Shown here: piece by piece, positions 9,940 through 20,487 of the stretch
How the letters are laid out: the number at the start of each line of letters is the position of its first letter
How positions within the stretch are numbered: the stretch's first letter is position 1
From: an uncultured delta proteobacterium
GTDB lineage: Bacteria; Desulfobacterota; Binatia; UBA9968
DNA: 64,000 nucleotides
NCBI GenBank assembly: GCA_963745035.1
Contig: CAVUVW010000014.1
Span: 416,001-480,000, forward strand
Reading direction: 5' to 3'
Made by a program: the position numbers and the translations under genes
Notes under the pieces: generated by a model
The model's database searches: none
What the model saw: the letters and a program-made list of their open reading frames with translations, nothing else
Told to the model about the DNA's origin: nothing

Positions 9940-12600
9940 ATGGAGCAGCTTGCCGATACGATCCGCAGTATCCCGATCTTCTCCGGGCTTTCGCGCGAGG
10001 ATATCGCCAAGATCCTCGGCAAAATGGAAGAGACATCGTGCGGCGCCGGAGTGACGATATTTTCTCAAGGCGAGCAAGGCGACGCGTTCTATCTGATTCA
10101 ATCCGGCGCGGTGCAGGTCGTGTTGGAAGGTGCCGGGGGGAAATCGGAGGTCGTAGCCATTCTTGGACCGCGGGACTGGTTCGGCGAAATGGCTTTGCTC
10201 TCGGGCGAACCTCGCTCGGCAACGATCGATACGGTCAAGGAAACCGTTCTTTGGCGTCTCCGGCGCGAGGACTGGGACGAATTGATCGAAAAGCACCCGA
10301 CCTGGTTACTGCAGTTTTGCACCACGCTCAGCAAACGGCTTTCCCATGTCGATCGGCAATATTCGACCGGTCGCGAGGCTTTTAATTCGCTCGCCGAGGA
10401 GTTTTACGCATCGCTATCACCGGACGAGCAGTCGTTTTTTCGTCAAGTATCGCTGCTCGGACCGGTTGATAAAGATACTTTAACGGCGCTGGTGCAAAAC
10501 CACGCGCTGAGCAAGCTCGTGACCGAGTTCGGCTACAGCCAATCCCCGCTGATTCGTCGCTTGGAAAATGGCAAGTACGAACTGCACAGTTTCTTTAAAG
10601 ATTTTTTGCGCGAAAAGTTGGTGGCGCTCGATGGCGCGGAGACCCAGCAGAGACTTCACGCCGAGTTTGCCGAACGGTACGAAGCTCTCGGCGAACTGCG
10701 CGAGGCGATTTATCACGCGCTGCAAATCCAAGATTGGCCAACCGTCATCCGGCTCTTCAGCGAGGAAAAAGAGCACCTCCTCGCCGAATCACCGCTCTTT
10801 GTTAAGAATACTCTGGAGAGTTTTCCTCCGGAGCAACTTCTGGCCGATCCGCGGCTGGTCACCCTCCGGGGGAATGCATTGATTCAGCTGGGCGACTTCG
10901 CCGGAGCCTATCGCGCTTATCGTGAGGTGCTGGTCCAGAAGTCACCGGGAGCGGTCGCGGCCGATGCCGTCGCGGGTTACCGTCGAATGGCGGAGAACTT
11001 CGCGCAACGAAAGGATTATGCGCAGGCGATCAATCAACTGCGCAGCGCGCTAACCCTGATCGGCCAGGAAGCGGCCGCCGCCGATGGTTTTCGAGACAAT
11101 GCTCAAAAAATGAGCTGGCCGAGTTTTTCTGCCCTTCCTGCTTTGGAAAGCGGCGCGGCGGCGCAGCCGCGAAGTCGCCTGAGAGCGTGGACCTCGATCC
11201 TCGGTCCGTCGCCGAGTAAATGGCTGGGCGCGCTGCTCGGACTTGGTTTGGGCGGTTACCTTTGGTTTGGCCAACCGGATATCGGGCTAGACCCGTCGGC
11301 AAATAAGTTGCTCGGCCTCATTTCATTGACGTTAGCCTTCTGGGTTTTTCGCGTCCTTCCGGATTACGGCGTGGCCCTCGTGTTTGCCATGGTAATCATC
11401 CTAACCAAACTGGAATCGGCCCAGACCGTTATGGGAGGCTTCGCCAGTACCACTTGGTTCATGACCCTGGGTGTACTCGGACTCGGTGCCGCGATCACCG
11501 GCTCCGGATTATTTTACCGCCTCTCGCTGCATCTCGTCCGCATGTTTCCGCTCAGCTACTATTGGCAGATTGTCGCCACCGGCATCATGGGCGTCGTCGT
11601 GATGGCGTTGATTCCGCAGCAAACCGCGCGCACGGTGATCACCAGCCAGATGCTGGTCAATCTCTCCGAAAGCCTGGGCTACAAGACTCCATCGAAAGCG
11701 TCGACCGGCTTATTCGTCGCCAGCTTCCTCGGCCTGGGCCAATTGGGGTTTCTCTTCTTGACCGGATCGACGACCAGCTTGATCGCCTGGGGCTTGTTAC
11801 CCGACGACGTGCGCGCGCAATTTACCTGGGGTTACTGGTTCCTCGCCGCCTTGCCGCCGACTCTCGTTGTATTCATCATCATCCTCTTGTGCACGATATT
11901 TATCTATCGGCCCGAGACTCAACCGAAGATTTCTTACACTCTGGTGCGAACGCAGCTTAGTATTCTCGGACAGTTGTCGCATAAAGAGTGGATCAGTCAG
12001 GGCGTGCTGCTTTTCACCGTCGGGGGCTGGCTTAGCGCGCCGTACCACGGGATCGACGGCGCGTGGATCGCGATCATCGCCTTTGCGACGCTGATCAATA
12101 CCGGCGTCATAGACTGGAACATGCTCCGCAAGGGCATCGACTGGGAATTGCTCATTTACATGGGCGTTACCTTGAGCATTCCGACGCTTTTAAGACAGGC
12201 AAAGATCGATCAATGGCTGGTCGATGCGATCTCGCCGTTGATTCTTCCCTTCATCGACAGCCCGGCCTGGTTTTTCGTGGTGATCGCTCTATTGACCTAT
12301 GCCCTCAAGCTCATTTTTACGAGCTTCCTTGCGGTGGTGACGCTCTGCGTCGCATTGCTGCCGCTGTCGATCGACGTCGGCATGAGTCCGTGGATCATTG
12401 CGATGATCATTTTAATCGCCTCGGAAGTCTGGTTTTTCCCCTATCAAGTCGACTGGCATATGCTCGCCTACTCGACCACCGACGGCAAAGGATTCTCCTA
12501 TCCGCTGATGCTGTGGATCAACCCGCTCTACGCCTTCGCTTATCTTGTAGCCCTCATTGCAGCTATTCCGTACTGGAGGTACTTGGGACTGATCGGCTAA
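9940..12600 (+). CDS. Fusion protein: cNMP-binding domain + MalT-like helical/TPR region + SLC13/DASS anion transporter
   Basis: 'IFSQGEQGDAFYLIQSG...FGEMALLSGEPRSAT'; 'YELHSFFKDFLRE...LHAEFAERY...EAIYHAL'; multi-TM C-terminal half with 'FLFLTGS', 'TWGYWFLAALPP', 'IDWELL', 'PYQ'. Confidence 0.85.
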   Translation: MEQLADTIRSIPIFSGLSREDIAKILGKMEETSCGAGVTIFSQGEQGDAFYLIQSGAVQVVLEGAGGKSEVVAILGPRDWFGEMALLSGEPRSATIDTVKETVLWRLRREDWDELIEKHPTWLLQFCTTLSKRLSHVDRQYSTGREAFNSLAEEFYASLSPDEQSFFRQVSLLGPVDKDTLTALVQNHALSKLVTEFGYSQSPLIRRLENGKYELHSFFKDFLREKLVALDGAETQQRLHAEFAERYEALGELREAIYHALQIQDWPTVIRLFSEEKEHLLAESPLFVKNTLESFPPEQLLADPRLVTLRGNALIQLGDFAGAYRAYREVLVQKSPGAVAADAVAGYRRMAENFAQRKDYAQAINQLRSALTLIGQEAAAADGFRDNAQKMSWPSFSALPALESGAAAQPRSRLRAWTSILGPSPSKWLGALLGLGLGGYLWFGQPDIGLDPSANKLLGLISLTLAFWVFRVLPDYGVALVFAMVIILTKLESAQTVMGGFASTTWFMTLGVLGLGAAITGSGLFYRLSLHLVRMFPLSYYWQIVATGIMGVVVMALIPQQTARTVITSQMLVNLSESLGYKTPSKASTGLFVASFLGLGQLGFLFLTGSTTSLIAWGLLPDDVRAQFTWGYWFLAALPPTLVVFIIILLCTIFIYRPETQPKISYTLVRTQLSILGQLSHKEWISQGVLLFTVGGWLSAPYHGIDGAWIAIIAFATLINTGVIDWNMLRKGIDWELLIYMGVTLSIPTLLRQAKIDQWLVDAISPLILPFIDSPAWFFVVIALLTYALKLIFTSFLAVVTLCVALLPLSIDVGMSPWIIAMIILIASEVWFFPYQVDWHMLAYSTTDGKGFSYPLMLWINPLYAFAYLVALIAAIPYWRYLGLIG

Positions 12601-13068
12601 AGCTTCATTGGCATGCCTTTCTGATTCAGCGTGTCACTTCGCAAGTTTCACGCATTCACTCCTGGCCCGGACCGAACGCGCCTTCAATCAATTCCCTCAG
12701 CCCAATCTTGCAAGCCGCGAGTGGGGACAGTGGCGATCATGACCCCGCTGTCGGCTAGATCAAGATGCCACGGAATCATGGGACGGCATGATCGTACTGA
12801 GGAAAAATACACTGAGTACTTTGTTCACACCCATGTATCCAAAAGTTTACGCCGGCGTAACCAAGTTTACAGCGGGTTAAGCTAATCCGTCCATCATGCG
12901 GAGCGAGACAATGGACTAGCATGTTGCTGAAAGACTTCCCTTATCCTGCGAGAGCCTCGGATGAGAAGTTGAAATGATTGACAATGTCCAGTTGTTGGTG
13001 AGCCTGCCGAAACATTCCCACTTTTTTTCAGCACAAAGTAGTCTCAAGGTTGTTTAGCAATGACACGA

Positions 13069-13084
13069 TGGCATGCTCCGTGCT
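13069..13084 (+). promoter_or_regulatory. Putative sigma54 (-24/-12) promoter upstream of the secreted-protein/TPS genes
   Basis: TGGCATGCTCCGTGCT versus consensus TGGCACG-N4-TTGC(A/T), with correct GG/GC spacing. Confidence 0.5.
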
Positions 13085-13415
13085 CTTTTGTGCTCGCATT
13101 CGTCAGCGATTCCTAAACCATCGCTGATTTTCATTTTTCGTGGTGACAAGTTCGGGTCGTCTCTGGGCTATTTGGCGCATTTTGATCGGACTTGACAAGG
13201 AGGTTCGACTCTGCTTAGCTAGCGCACTTTCGCGCCTCGCCCTCTGGGAAAAGTTGTTGAACGAAGGAGAAACGAGCTTCTGGTTTCTCTCGTTTGGACG
13301 GCGATCGCTACGAAGTTGGTCCTAGTCAAACGCGCGGGGACGCGCAGTCTCAACGGGTTAAAACAGCCAGCTCTGTTTCGCTCACACGAGCTGCAACAAA
13401 AAGAGGAGGCATAAA

Positions 13416-14800
13416 ATGAAAAAGCTATTGTCCTGGTTGCCGAGCAGTCGGTCGTTCACAAGATTACTTTCGATCAGTGGCTGTTGCGGTCGTGGCCTTC
13501 GCGGCGCTGGAGTTGTTGGCCGTCCAGCAGGCGCTCGCGGGCAAGTGCTGTGTGCTGGTCACGAATCAGCTGCGAAGCACACGACTGCCTCTGCGATTCT
13601 TCAACTTCATGCAATATCACCAGGAACGGCAAGTTCACGGTGACCGCGAGTTCGACGGTCTTAGGACCTGTTGGAACTTCCGAAGTAGTTACGGTGCGGC
13701 CAGCCAACATCACATCCACGATCACTTGCGAGAACGCTCGACGGAACCGGCGAACATCACCGACCTCTGGACCCACAAGTTTCACACAAAGTGCACTACT
13801 GCAATGTCGAAGTACACCGAGTTGCGTAACATAATGACGCTGGCCTCTGTCAATTCGACCTCAAGTATTCTCGGTCTGATCCCAGCGAGTCTCAACGACG
13901 TGCAAACTCCCTGCCGCGGACGACACATCTAAGCTACTTATGCAGGCATCCTGCAGCGAGGCCAGCGGCGGTAACCCGGAACACTGGCGGTAACGGGCAC
14001 GCTCAAGTGTCCTGCAAGCTTGCAACCCACAGAACAGTCGGCGTGCGCATCCACTGGGGAGTTTGGCAGCTCCCCTTGGCTGTGGGCTGCCGTCGCGACG
14101 GCAACCAGGACTGTATCCTGAACTTGGGCATCGCTGGAGTGTCTTCAGGGCAATGTCCCACGTCTTTCCGGCCGGTACCGCGCTGGTTCCGCAGGTCCCG
14201 GACTCTCGCAGGGCAAGTGCTGAGCTTTTCCCAAACAGTACGAGGGTCTAGCCTGCGGCCCGGACAACCCAAGTACTTGCATTTGGCTCACTAGAGGCGA
14301 CTCGGTACTGCAGCGCGGGACTCTTTGCTAACGCTCCCGGCCTTCCCGTAGATTGCACACCGAATCAGGGACCGAACCGCTCACCGGACTCGGAACCGCG
14401 ACAGGCTGCTGTTCAGTTCGACGTCACCTTCTCTCCGACGACCCTTAACATCAACTGCGGCACTAACAACAACGACACCTGGCACTTTACGATCACTGGC
14501 AACCAGCACTTGACGGACTAACACGGATCGTTACGACATCGTCCCTGGCGGTCGAAGGCGTAGCTGGGTCAGGTCACCTGCGAACTGCTTACAAATCGGC
14601 GGCAAACACACTGACTTGCCACATAAACGCGTGTAACCAAATCAGGGCAACTGGATCTAGGGTCAGTTGTTTGTGCAAACAGGAACCCCAACGGGACGGT
14701 GGACCTCACGGTAACGGGAACGATCTTTGAGCGGAACAGACCGCGATCATCGGCGAGGATCTAAAGCCACAAAACGTCGGGAACGTGTACTTTGCAGGCT
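13416..14800 (+). CDS. Secreted Cys-rich, Thr/Ser/Gly-rich protein, heavily frameshifted (end approximate)
   Basis: RBS gaggagg + ATG; signal peptide ...AVVAFAALELLAVQQALA; coherent beta-rich segments in shifting frames (CDSSTSCNITRNGKFTVTAS; DGNQDCILNLGIAG; QFDVTFSPTTLNINCGTNNNDTWHFTITG; VCANRNPNGTVDLTVTGT). Confidence 0.55.
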
Positions 14801-14875
14801 GGCAGGTGATCGCCGCGCTGCCTACCGCCAACAGGCGGTGGGGCAGCGCTATCTGCTGCGACAGAGGGCTCATTC

Positions 14876-17800
14876 ATGTCTAGGTCACGGTGGCACGTGC
14901 GCGCCCTCGTGCTTGGCGCTGCGCTTTACGCGTTCGGCGCGGTCGTGTCCCTCACGGCTATGCGCAGGTCGCCACGGCGATCACGTCCGATGGCACGCTC
15001 GGTACCACGGTAGCGCCGATCCGGCAACCTGTATAACATCAACGGCGGGACGATCAAGGGAACCAATCAATTCCACAGTTTCGGCCAGTTCAGCGTTGGC
15101 ACGGGCGATATCGCGAGTTTCAATGGTCCCGCCGCACGATCCAGAACATTCTGAGTCGCGTGACCGGGGGAACTCGCTCTGAGATCGACGGCACGCTGCG
15201 ATCCACGATATCCGGTGCCAACCTGTTCTTGATGAATCCCAGCGGTATCCTGTTCGGGCCCAATGCGCAGCTCGACGTGAGCGGGTCGTTTCACGCAACG
15301 ACGGCAGACTATATCGGCCTTGCGGATGGGGTGCGCTTCAACGCGGTTCCGTCATCAGCCGACAACCTGCTCACCACCGCGCCCCCGGCGGCCTTTGGCT
15401 TTCTCACCTCGAACCCCGCGCCTATCGACGTGCAGACCGGCGCGTTCGACTCGACGTCTCTGGGTTAAAGAACGTACTGCAAGTACCGGCCGGAAAGACG
15501 TTATCCTTTGTTGGGGGACCCATCAACATTGGGCGCGGCGCCCGGGGCCTTCGCTGGCGGCTTCGTGTTCGCGCCCGGAGGCCGCATCAACCTCGTGAGC
15601 GTCGCCTCGCCGGGCGAGGCCAGATTCGACGGCACTGGCTTCAGCGTGGATACCTTTGCACGGCTCGGTGATATCAGCATCAAGGGAAACAGCGTCATCG
15701 ACGGGAAGGAGGTGTTCATACGCGGTGGGCGGCTCGTGATCGAGCAGGCGATTATCTATGCCCGGCTTTTTCTTTCAATTCGGCGTGCCTGTCGACCCCC
15801 CCGACGGCGGCGAGGTCAACATTCAGGTCTCTGATAGCGTCAACATCAAGGGGCCGCCGCCGGTCTTCAATGAATTCTCCGGCATCCTGACCTTTGCCGG
15901 CCTCCCGTTCCCTGGCGACGTGCCCCATATCAGTATCAAGGCGTCCTCCATATCCCTATCCGAGGGCGCGAGTAGTTCAGACCGTTAGACAAGGCCCTGG
16001 AAATCCGGCGAATATATCAATCGAGGCCGATACCGTGGAGGTACGAAGCGGAGCGTCCATAGCCGCCATGAATGTTTTCGAGGGGCCGGGCGGCACGCTT
16101 ACCGTAAACGCTCGAAATGTGACGCTGGACTCGGCAGGGCAGTGACCAGTTCACCGGGCTCTCGGCGCAGGCCGATTTCCATCCGGACTACGGTTCACTG
16201 ATTTTGAGACGGGATCATTTGCGGGGGCATTTTCGCCGTCTCTTGCAGTTGGCGGATAGCGGATCGATCACGGTCAACGCCACCGGCACGCTAACGATGC
16301 GCGGCAGCGCCCAGATCAGTACGGACAACTTTGCGTTTGGCAAAAGTGGCAATGTCACCGTCAACGCCGGAGACATGCTCCTGGTAGGCGCCGGGACCAA
16401 CACGGGGTTGATCTCTGCTCAAAGCAGGCTCGCCGGACGGTCAGGGGACGTTACGATCAACGCGACCGGAAGTATCGACATGCAAAACGGGTTCCGGATC
16501 AGCGCCAATACACTGGGCAGCGATGACGCGGGCCAGGTGAACGTACGCGCCGGTCGGTCTATCACCATGACCGGCAACTCAACCTTCATATCGAGCGTGA
16601 CGGGTCAGCCTGTGGATAGTGAGCTCGACAGCTTCGCACAGCTGTTTGCCCGTTCTTCGGACGCGTGGAATGATTCTCGACTACCCCTCACTGCGCGCGA
16701 CGCTCGGAGTAGCGCCGGGTCCGAATGACCTCATGAACGTGCTTGCCGCGCTGAGCACGATCTCGGACGGGGCCGGCAATCCCTTGGTGGCCGTCACCGA
16801 CTTCACGCCGGGTGCAGGGGGCAAAGTATCGATAACGGCACCGGTGTTGGCTGTTAACGACGGTGCACATATAGAGACCTCCACCGTCTGGGACGGCAAC
16901 GCCGGCGCGATCGCGCTCAACGTTGGCTCCCTGACCCTGCGCGATGGAGCTATCATCGGCAGCCGCAGCGGCGCTGTGCGTCCGGACCGCGGATTTACCG
17001 TCGGTACGGGCAATGCCGGCACGGTAGACATCGCCGCCACGGGTACCGTCGAGATCTCCGGGCGTTCGCCGACCTCGGGAGAGGGCAGCATCGTAACCAC
17101 TAACACCTTTGGCGATGGCAATGCGGGCAATATTTCCCTGAGCGCCAATCAGGTCAACGTTCAGAATGGTGGCATAGTTACCTCCGCAAGTGGCGGAACG
17201 GTTGACGGTCAGTTGTTCGTCGGGCGCCGGGAATGCCGGGCAGATCAATGTGTCTACACCGACGTTAACAATGGCTGATGGGACGATATCGGTTGCGACA
17301 TCGGGAGCGGGAAGTGCAGGGAGCATTTTGCTGAATGGTAACACTCTTAGCCTCACCGGTGGGTCGCAGGTTGTGAGCAGCACGACTGGCGCTGGTCAAG
17401 GTGGGAGCGTGGCAGCCACAGCGGGAGAATCGATCTTTATTTCTGGGAGTGGGAGTGGGTTACTCAGCACGGCCTCTAGCACCGGCAATGCCGGTCAGAT
17501 TACTGTTTCCACGCCGACGTTGACGATGGCAGAGAGTGGCACGATCTCGGTGGCTACTTCTGGCGCCGGAAATGCCGGCAACATCTCGCTTAACGTCGGC
17601 GACTTTACACAGACAGGTGGAGCGCAGGTTGTGAGCAGCACGACCAGCACGGGCCAGGGTGGGAATCTGACAGTCACTGCGGCAACCGAGTCGGCCTCGA
17701 TCTCTGGGCTGGGAAGCGGGCTATTCAGCACGGCATCGAGCACAGGGAATGCGGGAGAGATTACTGTTTCCACTCCGACCTTGACGATGGCGGACAGCGG

Positions 17801-20355
17801 CACGATCTCGGTGGCTACTTCTGGCGCCGGAAATGCCGGCAACATCTCGCTTAACGTCGGCGACTTTACACAGACAGGTGGAGCGCAGGTTGTGAGCAGC
17901 ACGACCAGCACGGGCCAGGGTGGGAATCTGACGCTTGCGGCAACCGAGTCGGCCTCGTTCTCTGGTTTAGGAAGTGGGCTCTTCAGCACGGCGTCGAGCA
18001 CGGGGAACGCGGGAGAGGTTACTGTTTCCACGCCGACCTTGGCTATGAACAACGGAGCGATCTCGGTGGCGACTTCTGGTGCTGGAAGTGCCGGCAACAT
18101 CTCGCTCAATGTCGGCAACTTTACACAGACAGGTGGAGCTCAAGTCGTGAGCAGCACGACCGGCACCGGCACCGGCGGCGCTATAACAGTCACCGCGACC
18201 GATGCAGCCTCCATCGCCGGGCCGGGCGGCGGACTATTCAGCACGGCATCGAGCACAGGAAATGCCGGTCAGGTGACCGTAACTGCACCGGCATTGGCCA
18301 TGGACAATGGCGGAACGATATCGGTGGCCACCGAAGGGGTCGGAGCCGCCGGCAATGTCTCGCTTAGCGTCAGCGAGTTGACTCTTGGCAGTGGGGCGCA
18401 GATCAGTAGCAGCACCAGCGGTGGTGGAGCAGGTGGGACGCTGGCGGTCGCTGCCGGCGAGTTGGTTTCCATTTCAGGTGCAGGGAGCGGATTATTCAGC
18501 ACGGCATCGAGCACGGGAAATGCGGGAGAGATTGCTGTCTCTGCGCCGGCATTGACCATGGCTGACGGCGGCGAGAATCTCGGTGGCCACTGAGGGTGCG
18601 GGCAACGCCGGTAACATCGCACTGAACGTAAGCAACTTTACACAGACAGGTGGAGCTCAAGTCGTGAGCAGCACGACCGGCACCGGCACCGGCGGCGCCA
18701 TAACAGTCACCGCGACCGATGCAGCCTCCATCGCCGGGCCGGGCGGCGGACTATTCAGCACGGCATCGAGCACAGGAAATGCCGGTCAGGTCACCGTAAC
18801 TGCACCGGCATTGGCCATGGACAATGGTGGAACGATATCTGTGGCCACCGAAGGGGTCGGAGCCGCCGGCAATGTCTCGCTTAGCGTCAGCGAGTTGACT
18901 CTTGGCAGTGGGGCGCAGATCAGTAGCAGCACCAGCGGTGGTGGAGCAGGTGGGACGCTGGCGGTCGCTGCCGGCGAGTTGGTTTCCATTTCAGGTGCAG
19001 GGAGCGGATTATTCAGCACGGCATCGAGCACCGGCAATGCGGGGCAGATTACCGTAGCCGCGCCGTCATTAGCGCCCGTGCCGACGTTGGCTCTGGCAGA
19101 GGGCGGGACAATATCGGTTGCGACATCGGGAGCTGGAAGCGCCGGGAGCATTTTGCTGAACGCGAACAATCTTAGCCTCACAGGTGGGGCACAGGTCGTA
19201 AGCAGCACGACCGGGGCCGGTCAGGGCGGAAGCGTGACGGCCAACGCTACCATCTCGGGTTCACTCTCCGGTCAGGGTACGGGTTTGTTCAGCACGGCAT
19301 CGAGCACGGGAAATGCGGGAGAGATTGCTGTCTCCACGCCGACCTTGACAATCGCTGACGCCGCAAGAATCTCGGTGGCCACTGAGGGTGCGGGCAATGC
19401 CGGCAACATCGCACTGAACGTAAGCAGCTTCACACAAACGGGCGGCGCTCGGGTTGACAGCAGTACAAGCGGCATTGGGTCGGGAGGAGATATAGCTATC
19501 GTGGCAGCTAACTCGACCTCCATCTCCGGTCCAGGAACCGGGCTGTTCAGCACGGCATCGAACTCCGGGGCCGGGGGCGATATCAATGTACAAGCGCCGC
19601 AGCTTAAGATCCTCGACGGCGCGACGATGTCGGCGAACAGCACCGGTACCGCGACGGCCACGGCCGGAAATGTCAACATCGTCACCAGCGACCTCGCCAT
19701 GCAGAGCGGTAGCATCACGACGCAGTCCACGCTAGCGGATGGCGGTAATATCTCGATCACCACCACGGGATCAACGAGCAATCTGACCAACAGCCAAATC
19801 ACCACCAGCGTGGCAAGCGGCACCGGTTCAGGAGGCAACATCACGATTGGTTCCGGGGCTCAGCCGTTTGATTTTATTCTTTTGAATGATAGTGAGATCC
19901 GCGCCGATGCCTTCGGCGGACCAGGCGGTAACATCAACATATTTGCCAATGTCTTTCTTCCTTCCGATAGCATCGTCAGCGCTTCTTCGGCTCTGAGCAC
20001 TCCCGGAGTCATCGACATCCAGGCGGTGTTTACTGATGTCAGCGGCAATGTGGCACCATTGCCGGAGGCGCCGCTTCAGGCGACAGAGCTTCTGCGCGCA
20101 TCTTGCGCAGCCCGCTTTGCGGGCGGGAAAGCGAGCAGCTTGGTGGCCGGCGGTCGCGATGGTGTCCCCATCCAACCGGGTGGACTCCTACCAAGTCCGT
20201 TTTATTCGGCAAGCGGGGCTGGCACTTCCGTTACAGGCATAAAAACATCCGACAACGATCTGCCCGCGCGATTCAGTCTGCTTGGGCCTGCTGATTCAAT
20301 GAATCGACGTTTGATTCAATATAGCCTGTTGCCAAACGTTAAATGCGCCTTCTAA
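14876..20355 (+). CDS. Filamentous haemagglutinin-like TpsA exoprotein (multiple frameshifts)
   Basis: Signal peptide then 'AQVATAITSDGTLGT'; TPS domain 'SRVTGG...ANLFLMNPSGILFGPNAQLDVSGSF'; beta-helix GNAG repeats; C-terminal 'LRASCAARFAGGKASSLVAGGRDGVP'. Confidence 0.88.
17230..19580 (+). repeat. About nine ~86-aa (255-276 nt) tandem repeats within TpsA
   Basis: 'GL(F/L)STASSTGNAG' recurs near 17463, 17724, 17981, 18237, 18494, 18754, 19012, 19288, with a variant at 19546; 18115-18514 is near identical to 18632-19031. Confidence 0.9.
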
Positions 20356-20487
20356 GCGGTGACAGGGCGCAGATCTGAAAATATCCGGTTCCGCGCTTCG
20401 ATTCGCCATTCCTGTGCGAGGGAACGCGGCGATTCGTCCAGTCAACCTAGCCGCCCTGCGTTTTTCTGTCCCAAAGAAACCGAGAGA

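Noticed and set aside
13325-13375. Possible c-di-GMP-I (GEMM) riboswitch: GNRA-capped hairpin after 'caaa' in the leader
   Set aside because: The conserved GACGCAAAG segment and second stem do not fit; resemblance is too weak without a covariance-model search
17230-19580. CRISPR-like or non-coding repeat array
   Set aside because: Units are ~258 nt, in frame and protein-coding, with no unique spacers
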